Assembly: GCF_006345805.1 (NCBI RefSeq)
Contig: NC_043000.1
Location: 128,464,001-128,528,000, forward strand
Origin: Octopus sinensis
Taxonomy: Eukaryota
DNA length: 64,000 nucleotides
Reading direction: 5' to 3'
Shown: positions 36,766-48,200 of the stretch, piece by piece
Layout of the letters: each line of letters begins with the position of its first letter
Numbering within the stretch: position 1 is the first letter of the stretch
Program-made: the position numbers and the translations under genes
Notes under the pieces: generated by a model
The model's database searches: none
What the model saw: only the letters and a program-made list of their open reading frames with translations
What the model was told of the DNA's origin: nothing

Positions 36766-37904
36766 CATATAGTACTTTGTTGTATATGTGTGTATTTAAA
36801 TTTGAATATATGCGTGTATATTTGTGTGAATGAGTAAAGTAACACAGCTGGGAACTGAACTTGCATTGTTCAGATTCCTTAGGAATATTCTACTGATTGC
36901 TCTATGACCTTTGCAGCCCCATCATTACCCCACACCCATAATCTCACCATGTTTTACTACCTATTCCCATGAACATCATTTAGAATTGTGTGTGTATGTG
37001 TTGATATAGGGTGTAAGCATACATGTGTATTTTATATATATATATATATATATAGGGAGAGAGAGAGAGAAAGAAAGAGTGAAAGAGAGAAACAATGTCT
37101 TACACAATGAGCACCAGCAAGGGAATGTTTGACTCCCAAAGTGGTCGCTCGACTTGCTAGAAATATAAGTTGAAGGCATATTGGATAATTTATTTACACC
37201 ACATATGCACAGATATATACACATGCATACATAGATGTGCGCTGACCCATGGTTAAACTATTGCGTTTCTTCAGCAGAATGGGTTCTAGAAAACTTGACT
37301 GGTTTCACCTGTATTTATTAGCTTCTCAGGGGTGTTTTACTCACACATGTATATACATTTGTACACACACACACATTAAAATATATAAAAGTTCCTGTAT
37401 TGTTGATTCTAGTTATTTTCCCAGTTGCTTTTTTTCTCTCTCCCTTCCCCACCTTCTCCACAGTAGGCTTGTTTCAAAAAATGTTACTACAGTACAGTCG
37501 TCCTTATGCCAAGATTGGTTTGTGTAGAAATTTTTGTTTCTTTAGAAATATTGCATAAAGAAGAAAAACTAACTGAAAAAAATGAAAGAAAGAAACAGTT
37601 TCAACAGTTGTTGGAGTTCAGGTGAACTACATATACAAAATACATTGTATTACTTATTTCATTCTTTTTGCTTGCAAAATGTTGAAGTAAAAAAAAAAAA
37701 AAAAACTTTAAGGGTGCACAGGGCTGGAACAGGGTGGATGGGATGCCAGATTATTTGTCACATTGTCATAAGATTTTTTTGTTGCTGAAATATTACAATT
37801 GTGTTTTATATATGTAGTGTGTGTTTTGTGACCCTAAGTGAATAGGTTCCTCCTACATTTTGGTTAGTTTCAGATTCTGACTGAACAATGACAACAAAAT
37901 GGGA

Positions 37905-38150
37905 ATAATAATTTCAAATTTTGGCACAAGGCCAGCAACTTTTTAAGGTGTTTGTATGGGAGGAGTGGCCAAGTTAATTACAACAGCTCCAGTGCACATC
38001 TTGCGCTTATTTTATCAACTACGAAAGGAAGAAAAGCAAAGTCGACCTCAGTGGAATTCGAACTCAGAACGTAAAAAAAAATAAATAAATAAAAAAGGAA
38101 GACATTCTGCTAAGCACTTTGTTTGGCACAATAACGGATCTTCTACCTAA
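37905..38150 (-). mobile_element. Nin-type SINE, decayed
   Basis: GGCACAAGGCCAGCAA...TTTTATCAACTACGAAAGG...GCAAAGTCGACCTCAGTGGAATTCGAACTCAGAACG. Confidence 0.8.
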
Positions 38151-38181
38151 TAGCCTTAAACAGTGCTAAAGTTTGAAACTA

Positions 38182-38490
38182 TTATTACCTCTGCCTTAGT
38201 GAAGGCGAAGATATTTTTTTCAGTTATGTTTGTTTGTCCGTGGACAAAATGTCTCAAGAACCGCTGGATGGATTCTGATGAAACATTCAGAGATGTTTGC
38301 CCTTGTGACTGGCATGAACTGATTAGATTTTGGCATTGATCCGGTACTGGACAAGGATCCTGAATTATTTTCCCTGTTTTTTGCTTAATTTTTGAGTGCT
38401 GTCGAGTTCATATTTAGTATTTTCACTTGTGAGAGCAGTCGAGTTTAGTTTATTTAAAATATTCTCAATCTAAAAATCATTGAGAAGACG
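38182..38490 (+). mobile_element. HINE/DINE-1-like non-autonomous Helentron, 3' part interrupted
   Basis: TTATTACCTCTGCC start, palindrome GCCTT-AGTG-AAGGC, TTTGTTTGTCC, ATGGATTCTGATGAAAC and GATCC...GGATCC. Confidence 0.65.
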
Positions 38491-40220
38491 TCACAGTCTC
38501 AGAGTAACAATTTGTTTGTTTGAGTCTTGTCATTTTTGACCATGGTTGGATTATTGAAGGCTTTCTCTTTGAGACTGTCCATTGTTGAAATAGTTTTATT
38601 ACTGTTGGAAATTATTGTTGAAGCGACTCATCCGTAATTGTTTTTTTTTTTTGCTGTTGTTTTTGCTATTTTTCTACCCATTGTGGGGGTGAAAAAATTA
38701 GCTTTTATTAAGGAAAGCTACGCAAAAACCATTGCAGTAGTAGCAGCTACGCCATTGGAAGCGATGCAGATAAAGATGAATATGGATGAAATAATAAGAA
38801 GCGAACAGTTTGTGCAAAGAGAGGGAAGACACAATAAAGTTGGCCCCTCCAGAGGAAACAGTCAATGATAAGAGCAATAGGATGGTGGTGTACCACATGT
38901 AAGCAGTATCCACCAACAAAATAGAAATCCTATCAGAAGCTGATGTGGAAGAATGTTTAGAACCCCTGATGAAAAAGGCAACTTTCGTAAGCTGAGGAAA
39001 AAAATATGGCATGGTGGAGGTGAGGTTTGCCACCAAAGAAGAGGCGGCCTCACATTCCACCACTATTCTATAAATTGATAAGGTGACACTGCTGCCCAAG
39101 TATAGGGGCAGACAAAGTGTTCGGATTCGAATAGGAAGAGTGCCACCAGAAATAAAGACGGAGTAGTTGGTGGCAACTGTCCTGGCTGCCAAAGAGAATC
39201 CTGAATTGGGACTGGTGGGAAGAACGAGTATGTTAAACTGATGGAGAATCGGTGTTGAGATGTGGCTTTCTGCCACTTTCAAAGACATTGAGAGGATCCC
39301 CTACAAGATAGAGATTGCAGGAGAAAGTTCCCTCAAAGTAATTGTTGAAGGTCGTCGACTCAATTGTTATGAATGTGGAGTGAGAGGCCATATGAGGATG
39401 CAGTGCCCCAAGCACAAACCTCCTCAGAGTGAGAAGGCTGTGGGTAAAGACCAAGAAGTGGAGATTGGAGTACAAATTGAAGCAATGAAAGATGAAGGAA
39501 GACAGAACGAAAGTGGCAAAGGAGGGGAGTGCCCAAAAGAGAAAAAAAGCAAAACCAAGAGAACACCTGCAAGGACCAGCAGCAGAAAGTGAGGATGTCC
39601 AAAAAAGGTAGGGAGTTGCCTAAACTCAAGCATACGCATACAGTAGAGACAGAACCAAGAGAGAAAGAATTTAAACAGAAGGCATTCTTAGTCTACTATG
39701 TAAAGACTATAGAGGTAGAAAGGAGAATATCTAAAAGGAAGGGATTAGGGTAAAGCTGCCCAGGGAGAAATTCAAGGAGAATGAAAGGTGTGCTCTATTG
39801 AATGATGAAAGATATGCCGTGTTCATGGATTCATATTGTGAATGGGTGACTGTGATTGACGGGCTGGTGTTGTATGATACCCTGCCACCCGTGGTGGAAT
39901 ATGAAGAGTTGAGAAATTTTAGACAGAAAATATATGATATGAACAATATAAAAAAAAAATGATGACGATGTGATCATTTTTTTTATTTTTAAAAAAAGGA
40001 AAAAACTGTCCAAAATAATGTCTAAATGTAACCACTCAACTTCAGGGGTTGAGTGGGCATTGTGACCCATATTCTCATTTTCATAATTTCATTTGTTTCT
40101 TTTTATTTTTTCTTCCATGCTCGATTTTTTTTTGTATTTTTATTTCCCCAATTATATGTTTTGTATTGTCTTTGTAATGTATAACCTCTATACTTAGACC
40201 CTTGTGGGCAACAAAAAAAT
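38484..40220 (+). mobile_element. ORF1-only L1/Tx1-like retroelement (half-LINE-like), copy 1, decayed ORF1 with CCHC knuckle
   Basis: Reads ...KIEILSEADVEECLEPLMKKATFVS*GKKYGMVEVRFATKEEA...RIRIGRVPPEIK...IERIPYKIEIAGESSLKVIVEGRRLNCYECGVRGHMRMQC (CX2CX4HX4C at 39365-39406). T-rich 3' UTR and terminal GGGCAACAAAAAAA. No EN/RT sequence recognisable. Confidence 0.7.
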
Positions 40221-41345
40221 CGAGGACGTTGCTGTCTCACAGTAACAACTTGTTTGTTTGAGCCTCGTCACTTCTGATCACGGTTGGATTGTTGATGTCT
40301 TTCACTTTGAGACTGTTCATTGTTGAAATTGTTTTATATCATTGCTGAAAATTACTGTTGAAGCAACTTGTACATAATTGATTTTTGCTGTTTTTCTCCC
40401 CATTGTTGGGGTGAAAAGTTAGCTTTTCATTATGGAAAGCTATGCAGAAGCCACTGCAGTGGGAGCAGCTATGCTGTTGGAAGCGAAGGAAATGAAAATG
40501 AATATGGACGACTTAAGAAGTGAACAATTTGTGCAAAGAAAGTGACACAATAAAGCTGGTCCCACCACAGGAGACAGTCAACAATAAGAGTGATAGGACA
40601 GTGGTGTATTGAATGCAAGCGGTCACCACCAGTAAAATTGAAATACTGTCAGAAGACAATGTGGAAGAATGCTTGGGACCCCTGATGAAAATGACAACTT
40701 TCATAAGCCAGGGAAAGAAGTATGGAATGGTGGAGGCGAGGTTTGCCACCAAAGAAGAGGTGGCCTCACATTCCAGCACTGCTTTACGCTCTGACAAGGT
40801 GATGCTGGTGCCCATGTATAGGGGCAGGCACAGTGTTTGGATTTGAATTGGAAGAGTGCCACTGGAAATAAAGACAGAGTGGTTGGTGGCAGCTGTTGTG
40901 GTCCTGCATTGGAACCAGTGGGAAGAACGAGTGTGTTAAAATGATGGGGAAGCAGTATCGAGATGTGGCTTTTTGTCACTTTTGAAGACATAGAGAGGAT
41001 CCCCTACCAAATAGAGATTGCAGGAGAAAGTTCCTTCATAGTAATTGTTGAGGGTCGTTGACCCAATTGTTACAAATGTGGAGTAAGAGGCCATATGAGG
41101 ACACAGTGCCCCAAGCACAAGCCTTCTCAGAGTGAGAAGGCTGTAGAGAAAGACTAAGAAGAAGCAGAGATTGGTGTACCAACTGAATCAATGAAAGACA
41201 GAGATGGCAAAAGCGATAAGGAGTGTGCCAGAGATACAGAGGAAGTGAAGCCGAAGGAAGACGGAATGAAAGCGGCAAAGGAGGGGAGTGACGGGTTTGT
41301 CAGCCCCAAAAGAGGAAAAAGGCGAAATCAAGAGAACTCTTGCTA
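40221..41345 (+). mobile_element. Second diverged tandem copy of the ORF1-only element, 3' truncated
   Basis: Collinear with copy 1 from GAGGACGT onward. CYKCGVRGHMRTQC at 41068-41109. Confidence 0.8.
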
Positions 41346-41349
41346 CCAA

Positions 41350-41490
41350 TGTTGAAAATTATTGTTGAAGCAACTTGCGAGTAATTGTTTTTTGCTGTTG
41401 GGGTGAAAAGTTAGTAGGAGGAGCTACACTGTTGGGAGTGAAGCAGATGAAAATGAATATGGATGAAATAATAAAAAGTGAACAGAATCG
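41350..41490 (+). mobile_element. Third short 5' fragment of the same element
   Basis: ATTATTGTTGAAGCAACTT...GGGGTGAAAAGTTAG...GATGAAAATGAATATGGATGAAATAATAAAAAGTGAACAG matches ~38610-38810 and ~40350-40530. Confidence 0.75.
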
Positions 41491-41924
41491 AAATCTCCAT
41501 AGTCTAAAACGTGGGACTGCGTATAAAAAAAAAGGTGGGGGGATGTTCCGTTTACATCTCCGCCATGTGCGCCGACAAAAATTCGAGAGAACTGACGACA
41601 GCAAACCTGGTGGTGGTGGTACTGATATGAAGTTATGAATGATTTCTGAGCCTGTATGTATGTATGCCGTTATACGTATTTGTTTATGTACTCTTTGTGT
41701 TTGTCTACGTATCTGTATATGATTTAATGTATGTCTGTATCTGTGTGTATATGTATGAATACCTATATCTGTGTAAATATCTATGTAGCAGTACGTCTGT
41801 GTGTGAGCGCGTGTGGAGTAACGACCGGCACTGGTTAAACAAAGACAGATTTGCCAAAAGAAGTTGTAGCTTCTACGAGGTCACTCGATCTTGCTAGAAA
41901 TGGCACTCAAATTTCATACACTGA

Positions 41925-42156
41925 ATACGGTGGCGGGCTCGCAGAATCGTTCGCGCGCCGGACGAAATACTTAGCGGTATTTCACACCTCGCTAAGTTCT
42001 GAGTTCAAATTCCGTCGAGGTAGACTTAGCCTTTCATCCTTTCGAGGTCGATAAAATAAGTACCAGTTGAACACTGGGGTCGATGCAATCGACTATCTCC
42101 TCTCCCCCAAATTTCAGGCCTTGTGCCTATAATAGAAAGGATTATTATTATTATTA

Positions 42157-42206
<50 letters not shown>

Positions 42207-42400
42207 AGGCGGCGAGTTGGCAGAATCATTAGCGCGTCGGACAAAATGCTTAACCGCATTTCTTACAGCTCTTTGCGTTCTGAATGGAAATCGCGCTTGG
42301 GGAAAATAAAGTACAAGTGAAGTACTGGGTTGATGATATCGACTAATGCCGACTTTTAGAATTGCTGGCCTTGTACCAAAAATTATTATTATTATTATTA
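41925..42400 (+). mobile_element. Two Nin-type SINEs separated by a long (ATT)n
   Basis: The first copy is young and complete (GGCGGGCTCGCAGAATCG...GCCTTTCATCCTTTCGAGGTCGATAAAATAAGTACCAG...GAAAGGATTATT). Confidence 0.9.
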
Positions 42401-42890
42401 AAGTGGATCCAGAGCAACAACAACGATTTCTTAAATAGACTCAAGGCCAGATTTTCAGGGAAGGTGGAGTTAGTCGATGATTTGTTCAGAAATGCCCAAT
42501 AAATAGAGCATAGAGAAAGTGTACGTTAAACACAAACACACAAACGAGAAAAGCAATAGCATAATCACACCAAACATTCACACACAAACATACATACACA
42601 AATATATACATGTGCAAACACAAACAATTAAGCTCATTGGTGAAACCATGGCCAAGAAACAAAAACTTGAGAAAGCCGTCTTTGTAGTGAAAGAGAGGTT
42701 GGCTCGTCATACAATTTTGCCATTCATAGAGATTTTATGAATGAAATTGTTGAACTGCACAACGATGAAGTGTTTAAGAAGATTGCAATGAGTCGTATGT
42801 AACGATTGCGTTCACGACACATGCACGCACCTCACACATGCGCAGACATTCATATGCATACACAAGCAATGTCCCTTTCTTTGTATGATG

Positions 42891-42921
<31 letters not shown>

Positions 42922-43439
42922 GGAGAGAGAAAGATTATGTACCTATTTGGCATATGGTTTGTAACTTGGCTAAGAACATACGTTTATGCCAAGGAGCCAG
43001 TCACTGCTGTTGACTGTAGAAAATAATATATACAAGTCGACCACACACACACACACACATACACACACTAAATATCCTGAGAATGAATGTGCATGATATA
43101 CTATAATGCTAACTAAGGATGATGATGATGACAACGTTTTTCAGTTTTTATGTTTAATTACTTGTTTCTTCCTAAAATACAAACCTCTCTCTCTCTCCAC
43201 ATACACACACGACTTACATACATACGTATGTATGTATCTATATATACATACTGCCTGACCCAAGTTTGTTACGTCTTTTTAAAGTAAATCATGTTTAAAT
43301 GTTGTCTTAGGAGAAAATACACACATTTCCTGTCGTTACTTCCCAACAGGAAACCTATAAAGTATTGTGTGTGTGTGTGTGCGCGCGCGCGAATTTTCGC
43401 TCACAATCAACTTGTTGCCCTTTTCTATAATTTATAATG

Positions 43440-43830
43440 TCCGTATCTGTAGGTATGTCTGTGTGGGAAGGCATGAGTGGGAGGAAAGACAGTTGAAAGG
43501 AAGAACCTTGGTTCAAAATGATGCCGAAACAACATCAATGAATGTTTCAAATTATCCACAATTCCCGTACAAGTTTCCAAAGAATCCACCCCCATACGAT
43601 TGTGGAAGACTAGTAAATCTTCCACCAATGCCAGATACGAAATTGATAATCAGCAGAAAAGTTACCAAATTGATCACAGACTAGTGGTCGTGTTTCAATT
43701 AACTGTACGGGATTTGGTCTAAGCAGAGACGGCCAAAATGAAATGGGGTTACAATATGAAATCCCCTTTATACAATTGTGGAACAATCAACAGTTACATT
43801 GTTTTCCATTACTGAATTCCTCTTGTTGTT
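43440..43830 (+). mobile_element. Decayed 3' fragment of an RTEX/L2-like LINE ORF2
   Basis: Frameshifted INCTGFGLS...KWGYNMKSPLYNCG..IVF resembles the LNR.RTG.G...KWG...SP.CDCG...H C-terminal motif. Confidence 0.45.
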
Positions 43831-44683
43831 TGGGTGATCACAGAAATATCCTAAAGATCGTACAATGTTGAATTTAAAATAGTGGAAATTTTTCAGACAG
43901 AAAGTTTCCAATTTGGAAGAGAAAGAGTTAGAGGATTACGTCAAACCGGTACTAGTATTTTGTCTCATTGACCTTGGAAAGATGAAAAAAAGACGGTGGT
44001 CTTGGCGAGATCTGAACTCAAAATATAAAGAACCAAAACTATGTAACGTTCTAACGATTCTGCTAGTTATCGCCTTTTTATTGCTAAAAATAAGTGCTTC
44101 CAATTTAAGCACAAGGCCAGTAATTTTGAAGGGAGGAGATTAATCGATACCATTGATGACAATATTTTATCAATCTTGATGGGATGAAAGGTAAAGTTGA
44201 CGTCGGCAAGATTTGAACTAAGAGTGAAGAAATACCGCAACTAGAGGAATAGGATCAGTCGATTACATGGGTCCCAAAGAAGTGACTGGTACTTTATTTT
44301 AGTAACCTTGGATGGACAAAAACATAACTATAAAAAGTTATACTGTTGGCTTCAGTAGAAACTGGAACTAACTCCTCGAACAGAACTTTATTCAGTGGAG
44401 AGATGAAAGCCTATAAAATATTTGACGAACCAACGGGATGCAGTAATGTCAATGGCACCGAGACATGGTCATTTAGGCCTGTTGGAAATGACAGCCAAAT
44501 CTTCCCCCATTTTAAATCTGCGCTCTTCACGAAAAGATACATGGAATGTGGTAATCCTTAGAGAAAAGGGAATAGATTGGATGGTTACGGCCAGAAAACT
44601 TTCAGTAGTTTCTGTGTGTTCGATCAGCACATGCCTGCAACTAAACAACATTAACTATAAATATATATATATACACACAATAA

Positions 44684-45098
44684 TCATCATCCTCATCATC
44701 GTTTAACGTCCGTTAGGTCTGCAGAGCCAGCGGCTGCACCATCTGATCTGGCAATGTTTCTGCAGCTGGATGCTCTTCCTAACGCCAACCACTCCGAGAG
44801 TTTAGTGGGTCCCTTTTTTACGTGCCACCGGCACAGGAGCCAGTCAGGGGGCACTGGCCACAGCTACGATATTGGTTTTACTTGACTCAACTGGTCTACT
44901 CAAGCATATCACCCGACGCATCAAGGGTATTCTTAACAAGGCTTGACATGAGTGGCTGCGATCTCACTTTAGTTGCTGGGTCTTCTCAATCACAGCGTAT
45001 TTCCAAAGGTCCCGATCTCCTGTCATTGCCTCTGTGAGGCCCAATGTTCGAAGGTGATGCTTCACCACCTCAACCCATGTTTTCCTGGGTCTACCTCT
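44684..45098 (-). mobile_element. 3' end of an RTE LINE (ORF2 C-terminus, 3' UTR and (GAT)n tail)
   Basis: Minus frame RGRPRKTWVEVVKHHLRTLGLTEAMTGDRDLWKYAVIEKTQQLK* (stop 44964-66), then the tail seen at 4004-4215. Confidence 0.9.
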
Positions 45099-45125
45099 AT
45101 GTGTGTGTGTGTATATACAGATATA

Positions 45126-45180
<55 letters not shown>

Positions 45181-45863
45181 CGTATATATGTATACACACA
45201 TACGTATATGTACATATGTGTGTGAGAGAGATTATTCTTTAATTTTTCACAGCTATGACCATGTTGGAACAGCCGCTGTTGTCGTTTAGCCCCAGGTCAA
45301 CCATAACCAAGCAGCTCGATGATCAAAAGAATTCAAGCTGTGACGATTCAGTTTTTTTTGTTTTGCTTTTTAATTGGTATCTGGCGTTACAACATCAAAT
45401 GTTACTTTTTGCCATTTTCTTAAGGCACTAAGGCTATAAGCTAGATACATAAATATACACGTAACAATAATAGACAAGATATATAGCTACGGTACTCTTA
45501 GGTTATCTCAACCCCATTAAAAAACTGGGTTATCTCCCCACTAAAAAATCAAGTTAATGTGGCGACAACAGATTAAAATAAAAGAGTTAGATCCTTTTGA
45601 TTCAGTACTTCAACATACTGTTGACGTTTGGCCTCCTCAATATGCATGGTATGATTTGTTATAAAAATATCATCAGATTCAGAAAGATTTTTAATTTTTT
45701 CAATTTTTATACTTATTAATTTTTTTGTTTGTTTTTGTTTTATTGAGGGTTAAACAACATTTTCAGTTGAAGGAGATAACCAACATTTTTAATGGGGGTG
45801 AGATAACCAAAACGTACATAGCTACAAGATATATACACGCACACATACTGCATAACATAGATT

Positions 45864-46215
45864 GGTTAAGAAGTTCGTTTTGCAACTCCGTATCTTCAGG
45901 TTCAGTCCCACTGTACGGAACTTTGGGCAAGTGTCTTCTAGAATAGTTCCCGGCCGACTAATGTCTTGTGAGCGAATTTGGTCGTCGGAAACTGAAAGAA
46001 GACTGTCGTGTGCGCATGCACACACATGTGTGTACTACTCGCCGCTTGACAGCCGGTTTTCATGCCCTCTCCCCGTAAGCTAGCGGTTCGGTAAAAGACT
46101 GGTAAAATAAGTACGAGATTAAAAAGAAAAAAAAAAAACTGGAGTCGATTTCTTCAAATAAAATCTTGAAGTGCCCTAGCATGGGTGCAATCCAATGAGT
46201 GAAAGAAGTAAAAAA
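45864..46215 (+). mobile_element. tRNA-derived SINE
   Basis: GGTTAAGAAGTTCG...GGTTCAGTCCCACTG...GGGCAAGTGTCTTCTA...GGAAACTGAAAGAAG, with tail AATGAGTGAAAGAAGTAAAA. Confidence 0.8.
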
Positions 46216-46344
46216 TAAAAAGAAAAGATAAAAGATAGATACTTAGAAAAATGAGACGTACATAAGTAGATAGATAATCGTTCGTAGAAATATATAAACC
46301 CGGAGGAGAAATATACACTCTAAGATGTAGAGCAGTTAATATTA

Positions 46345-46388
46345 CAGTGGGGTAGGCCGGTAACCCCATAAACCGGCCTACCCCACTA
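46345..46388. repeat. Perfect 16-bp GC-rich hairpin, possibly a minimal Tc1-type MITE
   Basis: AGTGGGGTAGGCCGGT (46346-61) / ACCGGCCTACCCCACT (46372-87) with a 10-nt loop; TA at 46343-44 and 46389-90. Confidence 0.8.
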
Positions 46389-48004
46389 TAAATAAGTAGA
46401 TAGATAGATAGATAGATAGATAGCTATGTAAACAGAGATAGGCAGGAAGGATCTAGATAAAGTAAGTAGGTAAAGAAGAAATAAGAATTTGTGTATTTTA
46501 TTCACAGAGAAAAGTGAATGAAGTTTAAGTATCAGAGAGAGAGGAAAGAAGAGGAAGACAGAGAAAACAGCCAACAAGTATTTATGTATGTCTCTGTGTA
46601 AGAAAGTAGGTGTGTAGTACAATGTGTGCGTGCGCGCACGCTAAGTAGTCAGTTAAGCAGATTTGTAGGCGCGGCTGACTGGTTAAGAAGTTCGCTTTGC
46701 AATCATGAAATGTTGGCTGCAATTCCACAGCGAGGTATCTTGGGCAGTGGACATAACCTTTAGAAGCTATCCTGGGACCGGAGAGCAGGCTCGAATGCTT
46801 GCAACAGATTAAGTCTACTCAAGTATACATACATAGCATATACAAAAAAAAAAACAAACAAAAAAACAATAAAAGTTCAAGGGATGTTCACTGTTAATAG
46901 TATTAGGTTCACACTCAAGGAAGAATAGAAAGAGTAATTGGTCATAGAGTGAAAGTTATAATGTTTTGGAGACAGTCTTTCTTCGGATACAGGAGAAAGT
47001 CCAAAAGAAATAAGGAAAAGAAGAGAGCCATGAATGTACGTGGGTTAGGTTCACATGTTCGCCATTATATACACAAGCATACAAACATATTTATAACATA
47101 AAATGGGGATTTAAATTAATTTGGTCAGCTCGTGAGAGAGAGAGAGAGAGTATTGGCAATTGCTAACAATTTTATTGTGTGGGATACACGCAGTTCATCA
47201 GCTGGCCAATTTGGCATGTATGTTAAGCATTCATCAAGAAGCATTTAATATAGAAACCAGAATATACTTATACATGATCTTCTCTACAATATGCAGTTTT
47301 TATTATTGGTTTTCTTTACTATATGCAGTAGAAAATGGGATGGATATTAACAAAAGTATCATCAAAATTGAATACACAACCCTTTGGAACGTGGGCATTT
47401 GGAAAGGTTTTGAGAATATTATGGTTAAAATACAAAACCAATGATAAGTTAGGAAGTATGGCAAAAACTAGAGTAATGTTTTGAATTTTTAGACACTATC
47501 AAAAGAAGAAAACTAAAATACTTTGGATTTAAATAGAAAAAAAAAATGGCTTACAGAGAAGGCAAAATGAATGAGAGGGGAAAATAAATGAAGAGAAAAA
47601 GCAGAAATTGTGTGGATGGTAACACCAAGAATTGAACACACAGAAATAGAGACCGAGTTGGTGTCCCTGGCAGTTAAGCTATTGAGAGCAGACATTATCA
47701 GATGATAATGATGACGATGAAGAATGGATATTTCTTAAAAGGAAACTGGGGTCAAGTCAGATTGTAAAGTTAACTGTGATTCTTCTTTACGGCATGTTTT
47801 TGTGAAAAGCGCGCAAACACATTTCCCAATGCATTCTTTTGGTATATCATTCTTGATTGAATACTCAATACTCTAAAGCACAATAATATAATCTAATGTA
47901 TACACCTAGTAATGATTCAGGCAAAATACATTATAGTACGAATATCAACACTGGTTTCTAATTAATTTTAAAAATCTACTACTGTTACAACTATTTATAA
48001 TAAT

Positions 48005-48200
48005 AATGAGTTCAAATTTTGGCACAAGGCCAGCAATTTCGAGGGAGGAGATAAGTCGATTACATCGACCCCAGTGCTCAATTGGTATTTATTTTATCGA
48101 TCCCAAAGGATGACGGAATTTGAACCCGGAACGTGAAGACGGATGAAATAACGCTAAGCATTTTGCCCGGTGTGCTAACGATTCTGCCAGCTCACAGCCT
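48005..48200 (-). mobile_element. Nin-type SINE
   Basis: GGCACAAGGCCAGCAATTTC...TTTTATCGATCCC...GGAATTTGAACC...CGATTCTGCCAGCTC. Confidence 0.85.
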
